64,000 bases of DNA from Candidatus Zambryskibacteria bacterium RIFCSPHIGHO2_01_FULL_43_25 (GCA_001823695.1 MHVD01000015.1:2445-66444); one strand, 5' to 3'; positions 37,730 to 47,734 are shown, counted from the stretch's first letter. The notes: generated from the letters alone by a model not told the origin. Numbers and translations are program-made.

Positions 37730-39121
37730 TTAAACCAAGCTAGAGAGTTTTTTGAATACAAGGGCGCCCTCAGGAGTGTCGGAGACCATATAGCCGCGAC
37801 TTTCAATTTCTTCACGCAAACTGTCAGAAATTTTCCAATCTTTTACATCACGAGCTCTCTTTCTCTCTTCAATCAGGGCGGTGGTTTCAGAGTCGATGCT
37901 GCTTACTTCCTTTGCTAACCTCTCTATTGAAAGTCCTGTCAGAGAATCTATTGCCACAATTGTCGCGGCGGCATCGGCAGTCGGTTCTTTTTCTATCAGA
38001 TGATGCAATCTTGCCAAGGCGTAGGCGGTGTTAAAATCGTTCTGGAAGTCTCCCAAAATATCGTTAATTATGTCTTGTTTTATCTTTCCGCCGCTGTATC
38101 TGGCGACAAAGTGCACAAGCGATTCAAATGCAATCTGTGTCCCTTCCACAGCCTTGAAAGTAAAATTAGCCGGTGTTCGGTAGTGAGAAGTCAAAAGCCA
38201 GTAACGGTACGAAAGCGGATGAATCTCTCTTTTCATCAGATCGGTGACTCGCATAAAATTTCCTTCGGACTTTGCCATTTTCTTGCTCTCAACAGTGATG
38301 AAGGCGTTGTGAAGCCAGTAATTTACGAATGTCTTGCCGGTGGCGCATTCCGACTGGGCTATCTCGTTGTTGTGATGTACCGGAATATGGTCAATGCCGC
38401 CAGTGTGAATATCAAAAGTCTCTCCGAGATACTTTATTGACATAGCGGAGCACTCAATGTGCCAGCCGGGGAAGCCGATACCCCAAGGCGAATCCCATTC
38501 CTGCTGTCTTTTTTCGCTAGTGTCGGGTGAAAATTTCCAAAGGGCAAAGTCCGCCGGGTTCTTTTTTTCGGGATTGGCTTCCACTCGCGCGCCCTCTCTC
38601 TGACCTTCTATGTCAATTGACCCCAACTTCCCGTATTGCTTGAACTTTGAGGTGTCAAAGTAAACTCCGTCAGAAATTTTGTATGTAAAGCCCCCTTGCT
38701 CCAGTTTCTTTATAAGCTCAATCTGCTCGTCTATATGCTCCGTCGCTCTGGGAAATTTCGTTCCGGCAGTTTCTATATTCAGTCTCTCCAAATCCTGAAA
38801 GAACGCATCGCTGTAATGCCGGATTATATCTTCGGCGCTTTTTCCTTCTCTTTGCGCCCCTTCTTCAATTTTGTCCTGCCCCAAGTCGCCGTTGCCGGTC
38901 AAGTGGCCAACGTCGGTGATGTTCATTACCTGGTTGACTTTGTATCCGGAATTTTCAAAAGTTCGGCGGATTATATCGGCAAAAACAAACGATCTCATAT
39001 TGCCGATATGAGCATAGTCGTAGACCGTAGGTCCACAGTGGTACATTGAAACCTCGCCTTGTTTTAACGGCGCAAATTCTTCTTTTTTTCCTGATAGGGT
39101 ATTGTAAAGGTGGATAATCAT
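37730..39121 (-). CDS. cysS: cysteinyl-tRNA synthetase
   Basis: CGPTVY, HIGN, PGWHIECSAM and KMAKS motifs. Confidence 0.97.
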   Translation of the reverse strand: MIIHLYNTLSGKKEEFAPLKQGEVSMYHCGPTVYDYAHIGNMRSFVFADIIRRTFENSGYKVNQVMNITDVGHLTGNGDLGQDKIEEGAQREGKSAEDIIRHYSDAFFQDLERLNIETAGTKFPRATEHIDEQIELIKKLEQGGFTYKISDGVYFDTSKFKQYGKLGSIDIEGQREGARVEANPEKKNPADFALWKFSPDTSEKRQQEWDSPWGIGFPGWHIECSAMSIKYLGETFDIHTGGIDHIPVHHNNEIAQSECATGKTFVNYWLHNAFITVESKKMAKSEGNFMRVTDLMKREIHPLSYRYWLLTSHYRTPANFTFKAVEGTQIAFESLVHFVARYSGGKIKQDIINDILGDFQNDFNTAYALARLHHLIEKEPTADAAATIVAIDSLTGLSIERLAKEVSSIDSETTALIEERKRARDVKDWKISDSLREEIESRGYMVSDTPEGALVFKKLSSLV

Positions 39122-39239
39122 AAAGTTAGGAATAAAGAATTGAGAATAAAGAATTATGAATAGAAATTAATTGGCTGAGTTTGGGTTGTTCATTATTCCT
39201 AATTCCTTGTTCATAATTCCGCGACAAGCCGATACGGCG

Positions 39240-40154
39240 TTACAACCACCTTTTTGATTTGAAAAAGATTAACATCAGAGCTACCGCTCCGGCCATTATA
39301 GCCATAACTATCCAGAAATCTAAAGGTCGTCCGACTATCGGTAGATAAACGGTATTCATCCCGAATATTGACGCGATAAGAGAAAGGGGAAAAGTCGCAA
39401 AGGCCATTATTGTGAGTACTTTCATTGTTTCGTTTTGCTTTGTCGAAAGAAGGGAATTGTTGGTCTCTCTCAACTCTGTAACCGATTCAAGACTGTTGTT
39501 TATCATATGCTGAATTTTGAAATACTCTTGAAAGGCCGCTCTAGCCAGCACAGAGAACTGGTCTCCGAACATGCTTTTGCCGTATACGTCCAGAGATTCC
39601 AGCACTTCTCTATGGAAATCGGTTATCTTTTTGAAATTAAGCAAGACTCGACTGATGTGCGAGAGGGAAATAACCATCTCTCTTTCTTTGCCTATAAAGA
39701 TTTCCTCTTCCACCTTCGCTACCCAGTCTTCGGTAAAGGCCAGCTCATCCGAGAGGGCCTTGTACATTTCGTTTACCATTGCGAAAAACATTACCGATGA
39801 GGCGCCGGCGCTCTCGCCCTTGTCCAAGACGGAACTCACCTCGACCATCTTTTTGAATTTCTCAAGAGCGTCTATAGTGTCGTACCTTGCCGTGATGACG
39901 AAATTTCGCCCTACCAAAAAATCAACTTCTTGTTTTGTGCTTTCCGAGTGGCTGTGCTTAAAGACCGGAAATTGCAAAATTATGTATAAAAAATCTTTGT
40001 AAAAATCAATTCTTGACTTAACTGATGGGGAAGAGAGCTCATTTGCCGCTTCAGGGTTTATGCCGAATTCCTCCATTATGGACTTTATTTCTTCGGCTTC
40101 CGGATTTTGCAAATCAACCCAAACAGCGTCATTATAATTGTACCTGTTTATCAT
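39240..40154 (-). CDS. CorA family divalent cation transporter
   Basis: WVDL, MKVLT and FGMN motifs with two C-terminal TM helices. Confidence 0.9.
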   Translation of the reverse strand: MINRYNYNDAVWVDLQNPEAEEIKSIMEEFGINPEAANELSSPSVKSRIDFYKDFLYIILQFPVFKHSHSESTKQEVDFLVGRNFVITARYDTIDALEKFKKMVEVSSVLDKGESAGASSVMFFAMVNEMYKALSDELAFTEDWVAKVEEEIFIGKEREMVISLSHISRVLLNFKKITDFHREVLESLDVYGKSMFGDQFSVLARAAFQEYFKIQHMINNSLESVTELRETNNSLLSTKQNETMKVLTIMAFATFPLSLIASIFGMNTVYLPIVGRPLDFWIVMAIMAGAVALMLIFFKSKRWL

Positions 40155-40309
40155 TTGAGAAAATTATACCCCATTAGATAGGTTGTATAAAGGAAGATTC
40201 CAGCGGGCATTTAACTTTTTTACCAATCAGGACAAGCCCCGACTTGTACGGATGTTTCCTGATGTGGCAGTGTAAAAAGTTTGTTATACTATTCCCATTC
40301 CGCAAATTT

Positions 40310-41554
40310 ATGACACGATTTGTAAAATACGTCAGAGAAAATTTACACGTCGCCCTTGCCGTTGTATTTGTTATTCTGGTCACTTTTTTCATCGGCCTGC
40401 GATATGGTGAATCAAGAATTCCCCAGTCAGTTCTGGTATCTGCGCTTGATAATAAGGAGGCAAACAAGCCGGGAGCCGTAGATTTCTCGCCGTTTTGGAA
40501 GGCCTGGAACATACTCAATGATAAGTATGTGCCGGCTACCACGACAGAGGAGATCACCGACCAAGACAAGGTCTGGGGCGCGATAAAGGGGTTGGCCGAC
40601 TCTCTGGGCGACCCATATACGACCTTTTTCCCTCCTGTTGAATCGGAAATATTTGAATCAGACGTCAGAGGCAACTTTGAGGGGGTGGGGATGGAAATCG
40701 GCTTGAGAGACGAAGTGCTCACCGTTATTGCTCCGCTTAGGGGTACTCCGGCGTATGAAGCTGGTATAAAAGCCGGCGATAAAATTATAAAAATAGGAGA
40801 CAAATCCACACTAAATATCAGCGCCGACGAAGCGATAACTTACATTCGGGGAAAAAGAGGAACGCCGGTAACTTTCACCATTTTGCGAAATGGTTCCGAC
40901 GACCCGATAGAGATAACGGTTATCCGCGATATTATAGACATTCCGACGATAGAGAGGGAGCTTTTGCCCAACGGAGTGTTTGTAATTGAACTCTATAATT
41001 TCTCTTCAGTTTCTCCCAATCTATTCAGACAAGCGCTTCGGGAATTTATTGTATCAGGAAGCGACAAACTGCTGCTTGATCTTCGGGGCAACCCAGGAGG
41101 GTATCTGGAAGCGTCAATAGACATGGCTAGCTGGTTTCTTCCTCCTGGCAGGGTGATTGTAAAGGAAGATTTTGGAGCTGCCGGCGAGGGAACAATATAC
41201 AGAAGCAAGGGTTATGACATCTTTAATGAGAATTTGAAATTTGTCATTTTGATTGACGGCGGTTCTGCTTCGGCTTCGGAGATTTTGGCCGGGGCGCTGA
41301 AAGAATACGGCGTGGCGAAACTCGTGGGTTCAAGAACTTTCGGCAAGGGGTCGGTGCAGGAGTTGATTGATATAACTTCCGACACTTCGCTTAAGGTGAC
41401 TATAGCCCAATGGCTGACTCCCAATGGGGTATCAATATCGGACGGCGGTTTGACTCCGGATGTAGAGGTGGCCGTGACGAAAGAAGATATTGACCGCGGG
41501 CGCGACGCTCAACTGGAGAAGGCCATAGAAGTGTTGCTTTCTTGGGGGAAATAG
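40310..41554 (+). CDS. carboxyl-terminal processing protease (S41)
   Basis: PDZ domain, LDLRGNPGG, SASASEI and TFGKG motifs. Confidence 0.93.
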   Translation: MTRFVKYVRENLHVALAVVFVILVTFFIGLRYGESRIPQSVLVSALDNKEANKPGAVDFSPFWKAWNILNDKYVPATTTEEITDQDKVWGAIKGLADSLGDPYTTFFPPVESEIFESDVRGNFEGVGMEIGLRDEVLTVIAPLRGTPAYEAGIKAGDKIIKIGDKSTLNISADEAITYIRGKRGTPVTFTILRNGSDDPIEITVIRDIIDIPTIERELLPNGVFVIELYNFSSVSPNLFRQALREFIVSGSDKLLLDLRGNPGGYLEASIDMASWFLPPGRVIVKEDFGAAGEGTIYRSKGYDIFNENLKFVILIDGGSASASEILAGALKEYGVAKLVGSRTFGKGSVQELIDITSDTSLKVTIAQWLTPNGVSISDGGLTPDVEVAVTKEDIDRGRDAQLEKAIEVLLSWGK

Positions 41555-41636
41555 GTAGTATGGTTGTCTGTAGTTTGAATATAAGTCCCGTTAGAAACTG
41601 CGGGGAACGAATCGGGATAACATGAAAATGATAAAT

Positions 41637-41766
41637 CCTGTAGTAGAAAATGACATTGTAGAAACTAGGAAAAGGGAGATACTTTAAAAAATAATGGAGG
41701 CAAATTTATCAATTATAATTACAAGACAAATTACTCGTAAGGAGTAATGTCATTTTTCACTACAGG
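41637..41766. mobile_element. 130 bp element abutting the rplI start codon (subfamily B); extra left end at 41587
   Basis: CCTGTAGTAGAAAATGACAT...ATGTCATTTTTCACTACAGG|ATG; CCCGTTAGAAAC at 41587. Confidence 0.65.
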
Positions 41767-42213
41767 ATGAAAGTCATACTCTTAAAAGATATTGCCAAAA
41801 TCGGCCATAAATACGAAGTGAAAAATGTCGCCGAAGGGTATGCGCAGAACTTTCTTTTTCCAAGAGGATTGGCAAAGATGGCTACTAGTTCCGCAATAAA
41901 TGAGTTGGAAGTTCTGAAAAGACAGCACGAGGAGGAAAGAAAGATAAGAGAGGATTTACTTTTGAAAAACTTAGGAGACGTAGAGTCGCTTATCATTGAA
42001 ACCGAAGAAAAAGCCAATGACCAAGGTCACTTATTTGCTGGTATTAATGCGCTGGAAATAGCAGAGATTATAAAAGAAAAAAGCAGACTGGATATTCCTG
42101 TTCAATGCATTGAGCTTGAAAAGCCGATAAAGGAAATCGGAGAACACAAAATTCCTCTGAAAATTCAGGACAAAAAAGCGGAGTTTACTTTAGTAGTAAA
42201 AGCAAAAGTATAG
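41767..42213 (+). CDS. rplI: 50S ribosomal protein L9
   Basis: MKVILLKD..GYAQNFLFP. Confidence 0.96.
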   Translation: MKVILLKDIAKIGHKYEVKNVAEGYAQNFLFPRGLAKMATSSAINELEVLKRQHEEERKIREDLLLKNLGDVESLIIETEEKANDQGHLFAGINALEIAEIIKEKSRLDIPVQCIELEKPIKEIGEHKIPLKIQDKKAEFTLVVKAKV

Positions 42214-42247
42214 TTTTTACGTCAGGGTGTTGAGAAATGCCGAGAAG

Positions 42248-42520
42248 TTAGTTTACGTGTACTACTTTTTTGGTAACGAATTTGTTGTCAAAGTGAGTCT
42301 TTCTTTTTTCCGTAATTGCGACGACTCCGTCTTTGAGAGAAAACAGCGTGTGGTCTCTGCCGATTGATACATTTCGGCCGGGCAGAATCTTGGTTCCTCT
42401 TTGGCGCACCAAAATAGAGCCGACGCGGGCCAGAGAGCCGGGCGGCAGTTTTATACCAAGGTATTTAGGATTTGAATCTCGGCCGTTTTTTGTTGAACCG
42501 GCGGCCTTTTTATGTGCCAT
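42248..42520 (-). CDS. rpmA: 50S ribosomal protein L27
   Basis: [16 protein letters not shown] and RQRGT. Confidence 0.97.
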   Translation of the reverse strand: MAHKKAAGSTKNGRDSNPKYLGIKLPPGSLARVGSILVRQRGTKILPGRNVSIGRDHTLFSLKDGVVAITEKRKTHFDNKFVTKKVVHVN

Positions 42521-42596
42521 GTTTGTTTTTTACTTAAAACTTGAAGCTTATAGCAATAAACTACAGGATTATATACAATAAGCTCGTATACAAGTT

Positions 42597-43070
42597 ATGA
42601 GTATAGATAATAAGGAGAACGGAGTCAAGGACCAGAGAGACCCTCTTGAAGAGGAGTTTGTGCTTGTCGGCAAAGATGACAAAAGAGTGGAAAAAAGACG
42701 CGTCTTTGCCATGTTCACGGTGATTCTTCTTCTCGTGGCCTTCGGCTCATTCGGATTGGGCCGCCTGTCTTCCTACCAAGACCAGAAAGCGCCGACCACA
42801 ATACGGATGTCCGACCAGTCTGTGCCGATGCAGAACTCCGTACTCGGCGCATCTTCCGGTAGCAGCTTGGTAACTGAAGAGACAGAACCCGCCAATACCG
42901 GAGCGGGGGGCGGGGCAGTGGTAGCCTCAAAAAATAGCGACAAATATCATTATCCTTGGTGCTCTGGCGCAAAAAACATATCCGAAGCCAACAAAATAAC
43001 ATTCTCCTCCATTGAAGAGGCAAAAAAGGCCGGTTACAAACCCGCATCAAACTGTAAGGGGCTTAAATAA
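42597..43070 (+). CDS. membrane-anchored protein with a C-terminal Ada-like metal-binding domain
   Basis: TM helix, then VASKNSDKYHYPWC...EEAKKAGYKPASNC. Confidence 0.7.
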   Translation: MSIDNKENGVKDQRDPLEEEFVLVGKDDKRVEKRRVFAMFTVILLLVAFGSFGLGRLSSYQDQKAPTTIRMSDQSVPMQNSVLGASSGSSLVTEETEPANTGAGGGAVVASKNSDKYHYPWCSGAKNISEANKITFSSIEEAKKAGYKPASNCKGLK

Positions 43071-43143
43071 ATTTCTAATTACTAATTTCTAATTGACCTA
43101 AAGCAACCACGGGGAATAAAGAATTACGAATTAAGAATGAAGA

Positions 43144-43251
43144 AACCCCGACCCCCGCTCCGTCAGTTGACGGATACGGGAGTCGGGGTTCGGGGTACGC
43201 ATATTACTCCGAGGGGAGAAATGAGAAGCCCCCGACACTTCGGTGTCGGGG
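43144..43251. repeat. cluster of GC-rich palindromes
   Basis: AACCCCGAC..TCCGTCAGTTGACGGA..GTCGGGGTT and CCCCGACACTTCGGTGTCGGGG. Confidence 0.7.
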
Positions 43252-43271
43252 GCAAGGTTGTTGTGGACCGA

Positions 43272-43643
43272 TCAGAGGAACACAGCCCGCTCGAACTGAC
43301 TCAGAGCTGGACGGGGGACTCGTTCGTCGTTCACGAGATGTACCCAGAGGTCGTACCATTCCTTGTGGTACTCCATCCATCCGAATCCGGAATCTCGCAC
43401 CGTCTGATGAGCGCCGAAGCCCTCACTCTGAACATGACGGAGCGTATCACGGAGCTGTCTGACTGGGGTCACTTTCTCCTCGACCCACCTCTCGAAGAGT
43501 TCGGGGTACGCCAGCCAGAGATCCCAAACCCCGAACCCGAAGAGTGCGAGTTTGTGAATCACGTATCTCGGGTTGCTCTCCGAGAAGAGCTCCTCATCGA
43601 GCTGATGCTCTCGCAGAGCATTCCTGATCGACTGGTAGGACAT
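43272..43643 (-). CDS. hypothetical GC-rich accessory protein
   Basis: AGGAGG RBS, 123 aa, TTGACA promoter at about 43810. Confidence 0.65.
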   Translation of the reverse strand: MSYQSIRNALREHQLDEELFSESNPRYVIHKLALFGFGVWDLWLAYPELFERWVEEKVTPVRQLRDTLRHVQSEGFGAHQTVRDSGFGWMEYHKEWYDLWVHLVNDERVPRPALSQFERAVFL

Positions 43644-43907
43644 GATCCCTCCTGGAGTGTGCGGTTAGACCGCACCCCTCTCAAGCGAGAGACCATTCAC
43701 TTCTCGAGTGCGGTAGTTGTCTTTCGAGACCGCTTAGCTACTTAGCATTGTTGCCTCCAATATTGAGGTTCAAGGGTCTTTGTATATACTACTATAACTA
43801 CAACAATATGTCAAATCAAATGAAAGTCTACATGTTTTCGCAAAAAATAGCAAATTCATATTGAAACATAGCCTAATTTAATGTAAAATTCCGCTGTATT
43901 TCTTTTT

Positions 43908-45200
43908 ATGTCAGCGGTGTCTGCGATTAAAAAGCGAACAGCAAAACTAATAACCACTCTATCAGTGGGCTTTTTCTTGGCAATAAGGCAAGTCAGAAGG
44001 TCAAGCAAAGCCACGACGATTCTCATTATTTCGGTAATGGCGCTGACCTTTCTCAATTTGGTGGTTATAAGGGGGGTCTTAGTCGGTCTTATAGAGGGCG
44101 TTACCCAGGTTTATGATGAGTATTACAGCGGCGATATTTTCGTGAGCAATCTCTCCAAGAAAGAATATATTGAAGACAGTCCGTCTGTTATCTCAAAAAT
44201 TGAAAATTTGCCGTGGGTTACGTCATATACCGCCAGATACATAGAGTCAGGTTTGATTGAGGCCGATTACAAAACCAGAGTTGATTTGACCGAAGACACA
44301 AACAATGCGGCCGGAGCCATTGCCGGAATAAACCCTCTCAAAGAAAATGAGACGACCAACCTGTCGGACAAAGTTGTTGAGGGAGAATTTCTCGGGCCGA
44401 ACGATACCGACTACATAATGCTCGGTTCAAGTTTGCTTAAGAAATATGTACCCGTTGATTCAGCCAGCTTTTCTTTCCTTGAAAATGTGGAGCCGGGGAC
44501 GAAAGTCAGGGTGACAGTCGGCGGCAACACTAAGGAAATGACCGTAAAAGGCATAATAAGAAGCAAGGCGGACGAGGTTGACTTCAGGGCTTACATACTG
44601 GACTCCGTAATGAGAGGCCTTATCGGCAGGACTGATTACAATGTGGATGAAATAGCCGTGAAGATTACTCCAAAGACAGATCCCTATCTAGTCAAAAACG
44701 CTCTTTTGGGGAGCGGAGTAGGAGAAGTGGCTCGTGTTCAGACAGCCGCAGAAGGCCTGCCGAAATTTGTTATAGACATAAAAAACACTTTCGGACTTCT
44801 GGGCAATGTCGTCGGCTCTATCGGCTTAGTTGTCGCTACCATCACGATATTTATTGTTATATTTATCAACGCCATAACCCGCAGAAAGTACATCGGCATA
44901 TTGAAAGGAATCGGTATAGACAAGAGAGCGATAGAGTTTTCGTACGTCCTGATTTCAATCTTCTATGCGGCTGTCGGTATAGCGGTTGGACTTTTGGTGT
45001 TGTACGGATTTCTTGTCCCGTATATCAATGTTCATCCAATCCAGTTTCCCTTTAGCGACGGCATACTGGTGGCTGAAATACCGAACACTGCTCTGCGGGC
45101 GGTTATACTCTTGGTCGTGACGCTTATAGCCGGTTATATACCGGCGCGCATAGTTGTGAAGCAAAACACCCTGGACGCGATCTTGGGCAAGACAAAATAA
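43908..45200 (+). CDS. ABC transporter permease (FtsX/MacB/LolE type)
   Basis: TM, large extracellular domain, RRKYIGILKGIG, three TMs and YIPA. Confidence 0.88.
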   Translation: MSAVSAIKKRTAKLITTLSVGFFLAIRQVRRSSKATTILIISVMALTFLNLVVIRGVLVGLIEGVTQVYDEYYSGDIFVSNLSKKEYIEDSPSVISKIENLPWVTSYTARYIESGLIEADYKTRVDLTEDTNNAAGAIAGINPLKENETTNLSDKVVEGEFLGPNDTDYIMLGSSLLKKYVPVDSASFSFLENVEPGTKVRVTVGGNTKEMTVKGIIRSKADEVDFRAYILDSVMRGLIGRTDYNVDEIAVKITPKTDPYLVKNALLGSGVGEVARVQTAAEGLPKFVIDIKNTFGLLGNVVGSIGLVVATITIFIVIFINAITRRKYIGILKGIGIDKRAIEFSYVLISIFYAAVGIAVGLLVLYGFLVPYINVHPIQFPFSDGILVAEIPNTALRAVILLVVTLIAGYIPARIVVKQNTLDAILGKTK

Positions 45201-45216
45201 ATAATTTTTTAACGGG

Positions 45217-45897
45217 ATGGATATCGTTATTGCAAAAAAAATAAGAAAATCTTTTCATGATGGTGAGAAAGAACTTGCTGTTTTGAAAGGGCTTGACCTT
45301 TCTGTCAAAAGGGGAGAATTCTTATCAATAACCGGCCGATCCGGTTCGGGTAAGAGCACCCTTCTTTATCAGCTGGGACTTCTTGACAGTCCGAACTCGG
45401 GAGAAATTTATATTGATGGCATTGAGATTACTTCGCTCTCCAACGACGAGAGAACAATGATGCGGCTTGGAGAGCTGGGGTACATTTTCCAAGATTATGC
45501 TCTGGTGCCGGAGTTGTCAGCTCTCGAAAACGTTTTGGTCCCGCTTCTGATGCAGGGCCTGAGCGCGGACAAAGCCAGGGAAAAAGCCAAACTTTCTCTT
45601 GAGAAAATAGGCCTCAGCGATCGGTTTGACCACTTGCCGAACCAGCTTTCCGGAGGGGAACAGCAGAGAGTTGCCATTGCCCGAGCGGTAGCTCATGACC
45701 CGAAGATTATCTTTGCCGACGAGCCGACAGCCAACCTGGACAGCGAAACGGCGGATGTAGTTCTCCAAAATTTTCTTGACCTCAACCGAGAAGGGCAGAC
45801 GATAATAATGGTGACTCACGAGCCTGAGTATGCGTCCTTAACTCATCGCATCGTCCAGCTTTCGGATGGCGTTATTGCTTCAGAAGTAGTAAATTAA
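45217..45897 (+). CDS. ABC transporter ATP-binding protein (LolD/MacB type)
   Basis: GRSGSGKST, LSGGEQQRV, ADEPT and VTH motifs. Confidence 0.95.
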   Translation: MDIVIAKKIRKSFHDGEKELAVLKGLDLSVKRGEFLSITGRSGSGKSTLLYQLGLLDSPNSGEIYIDGIEITSLSNDERTMMRLGELGYIFQDYALVPELSALENVLVPLLMQGLSADKAREKAKLSLEKIGLSDRFDHLPNQLSGGEQQRVAIARAVAHDPKIIFADEPTANLDSETADVVLQNFLDLNREGQTIIMVTHEPEYASLTHRIVQLSDGVIASEVVN

Positions 45898-45910
45898 AGA
45901 AAAAATGAAT

Positions 45911-46103
45911 CCCGTAAGAAATAGGAAATGTAACATATATGAAAATAAAAAAGCAAACAATTTATATACTCGAAAAAGGAGATGCGGCTGGTTGTGGGAC
46001 ATAAACATTTCCGTAGTTAAATAGTTGGTAGGTATATTAATATTGAGCAAATAAGAAAAATTCATTTAAATTTTACAAGACAAACTAAATAATTTCTAAC
46101 GGG
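45911..46103. mobile_element. 193 bp element abutting the membrane fusion protein start codon (subfamily A)
   Basis: ATGAAT|CCCGTAAGAAAT...ATTTCTAACGGG|ATGAAA. Confidence 0.7.
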
Positions 46104-47624
46104 ATGAAAGAAAAAATAAAAAAAGTTACTGAAAACATAAAAAGACACAAGATTATTTCTGCTGTTGCGCTTATGGTCATAATTGCAGTTATCGCGGGAA
46201 TTGCCGGCAGGAGCGGAAATGGCAAGGAATACGTTACTGTTGATAGTGGAGAAGTGGTTGTCGAAGTAGCTGTTACAGGCAAGGTGAAGGCCCTCCGCGA
46301 CGTATCGCTGTCTTTCGAAAAGGCCGGTAGAATCGCTTACGCGCCATTTTCAATCGGGGACGCGGTAAGCGCGAGCCAAGTTTTAGCTTCTTTGGACAAG
46401 TCTCAAGCGAACGCTGACTTGCTGAAGGCTCGCGCCGCGCTTCAAGTTGAGGAGGTTGCACTTACAAAACTCAAGCAAAGCGCTCCAAATGACTACAATG
46501 ACGCCAAAGCGAATCTCGTCGCCTCCATTGAGGATGCTTATGTGAAAACTGACGATGCCGTGAGAAACAACGCCGATCAATTTTTTAAGAATCCAAGAAC
46601 GAGCGCTAATTACCTTGAATTTTCTTTTATCGACGGAGGCACTATTTATAATTTCCCGATTGATACGGATTTGAAGATAAAGATTAATAACGAAAGGTAC
46701 GCTTTGGAACTGTCGCTGAATAAATGGCAGGCGGGCCTGCTGTCCGTAAATTCGGCGCCTTTACTTGATTCGTTTGTCGCCGAAGCTGAGTCCGTTCTCA
46801 AGCAAGCAAACATTTTCTTAAACGACCTAGCGCTGGCCGCCAATTCCATTGTCCCGTCAGAATTCCAGTATGAGGCGACTATCAGCGGGTATAAGACGAC
46901 TATAACAGGGGCAAGAAGCGGGGTGGGGGGTGCTCTCGCAAGCTTGATCGCTGCAAAGCAGAGTTGGAATGCCGCACCTCAGATTATAACTGGAGGACAG
47001 GGCGGCTATGATGACGTCTTGTCGCAAGAGGCGAAAGTAGCCCAAGCAGAGGCCACAGTTAAAGCCGCAGAAGTTGATTTGTTGAAAACTGAAATTCGTT
47101 CTCCCATAGACGGGGTATTGTCAGTGCAAAATGGCGAAGTCGGTGAAATAGCCACAGTCAATACGCCAATTGTAGGCATAATTTCGGACAAACAATTTGA
47201 AATTGAAGCTGATGTCTCAGAGGTTAATGTGGGTAAAATTGGCATTGGAAATGAAGTCAGTATTACCTTTGACGCTTTCTTGGGCCAAGTATTTACGGGA
47301 GAAGTTTTCAGCATAGAACCTTCTGAAACGATTGTTGACGGGGTGGTTAATTTTAAAACTAAAATTCGCATACCAGAGAATTCTGTTGGGCTCAAGAACG
47401 GCTTGACGGCAAATTTGAAAATAAAATCGGCTTCCAAGACGGACGTTCTAAGAATCCCCCAGTACGCGCTAAAAAAAAGAGACGATGTTTTGATTGCGCG
47501 AGTGCAAACCAGCGATGGTGTTGAAGAAAGAGTGGTTTCAACCGGACTTATCGGTTCAAACGGATTTGTTGAAATAGTGAGCGGCTTAAACGGGGGAGAG
47601 AGGGTGCTGATTAGCAGTGAATAA
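46104..47624 (+). CDS. efflux membrane fusion (adaptor) protein
   Basis: TM helix, lipoyl halves, long coiled coil, IRSPIDG and EIVSGL..GE. Confidence 0.87.
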   Translation: MKEKIKKVTENIKRHKIISAVALMVIIAVIAGIAGRSGNGKEYVTVDSGEVVVEVAVTGKVKALRDVSLSFEKAGRIAYAPFSIGDAVSASQVLASLDKSQANADLLKARAALQVEEVALTKLKQSAPNDYNDAKANLVASIEDAYVKTDDAVRNNADQFFKNPRTSANYLEFSFIDGGTIYNFPIDTDLKIKINNERYALELSLNKWQAGLLSVNSAPLLDSFVAEAESVLKQANIFLNDLALAANSIVPSEFQYEATISGYKTTITGARSGVGGALASLIAAKQSWNAAPQIITGGQGGYDDVLSQEAKVAQAEATVKAAEVDLLKTEIRSPIDGVLSVQNGEVGEIATVNTPIVGIISDKQFEIEADVSEVNVGKIGIGNEVSITFDAFLGQVFTGEVFSIEPSETIVDGVVNFKTKIRIPENSVGLKNGLTANLKIKSASKTDVLRIPQYALKKRDDVLIARVQTSDGVEERVVSTGLIGSNGFVEIVSGLNGGERVLISSE

Positions 47625-47734
47625 AGAATCAGGAATTAGGAATTAAGAATTTAAAAGAAAAACCCGTTAGAGGTCGGAAGACATAACGGGGAGCAGTTTG
47701 GCTGGGTCTGCTCAGCCCTTGTTACTGTCGCTTA

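Noticed and set aside
43137..43745. 202 aa plus-strand ORF
   Set aside because: It runs through palindromic repeats and antisense to a gene with a clear RBS and promoter.
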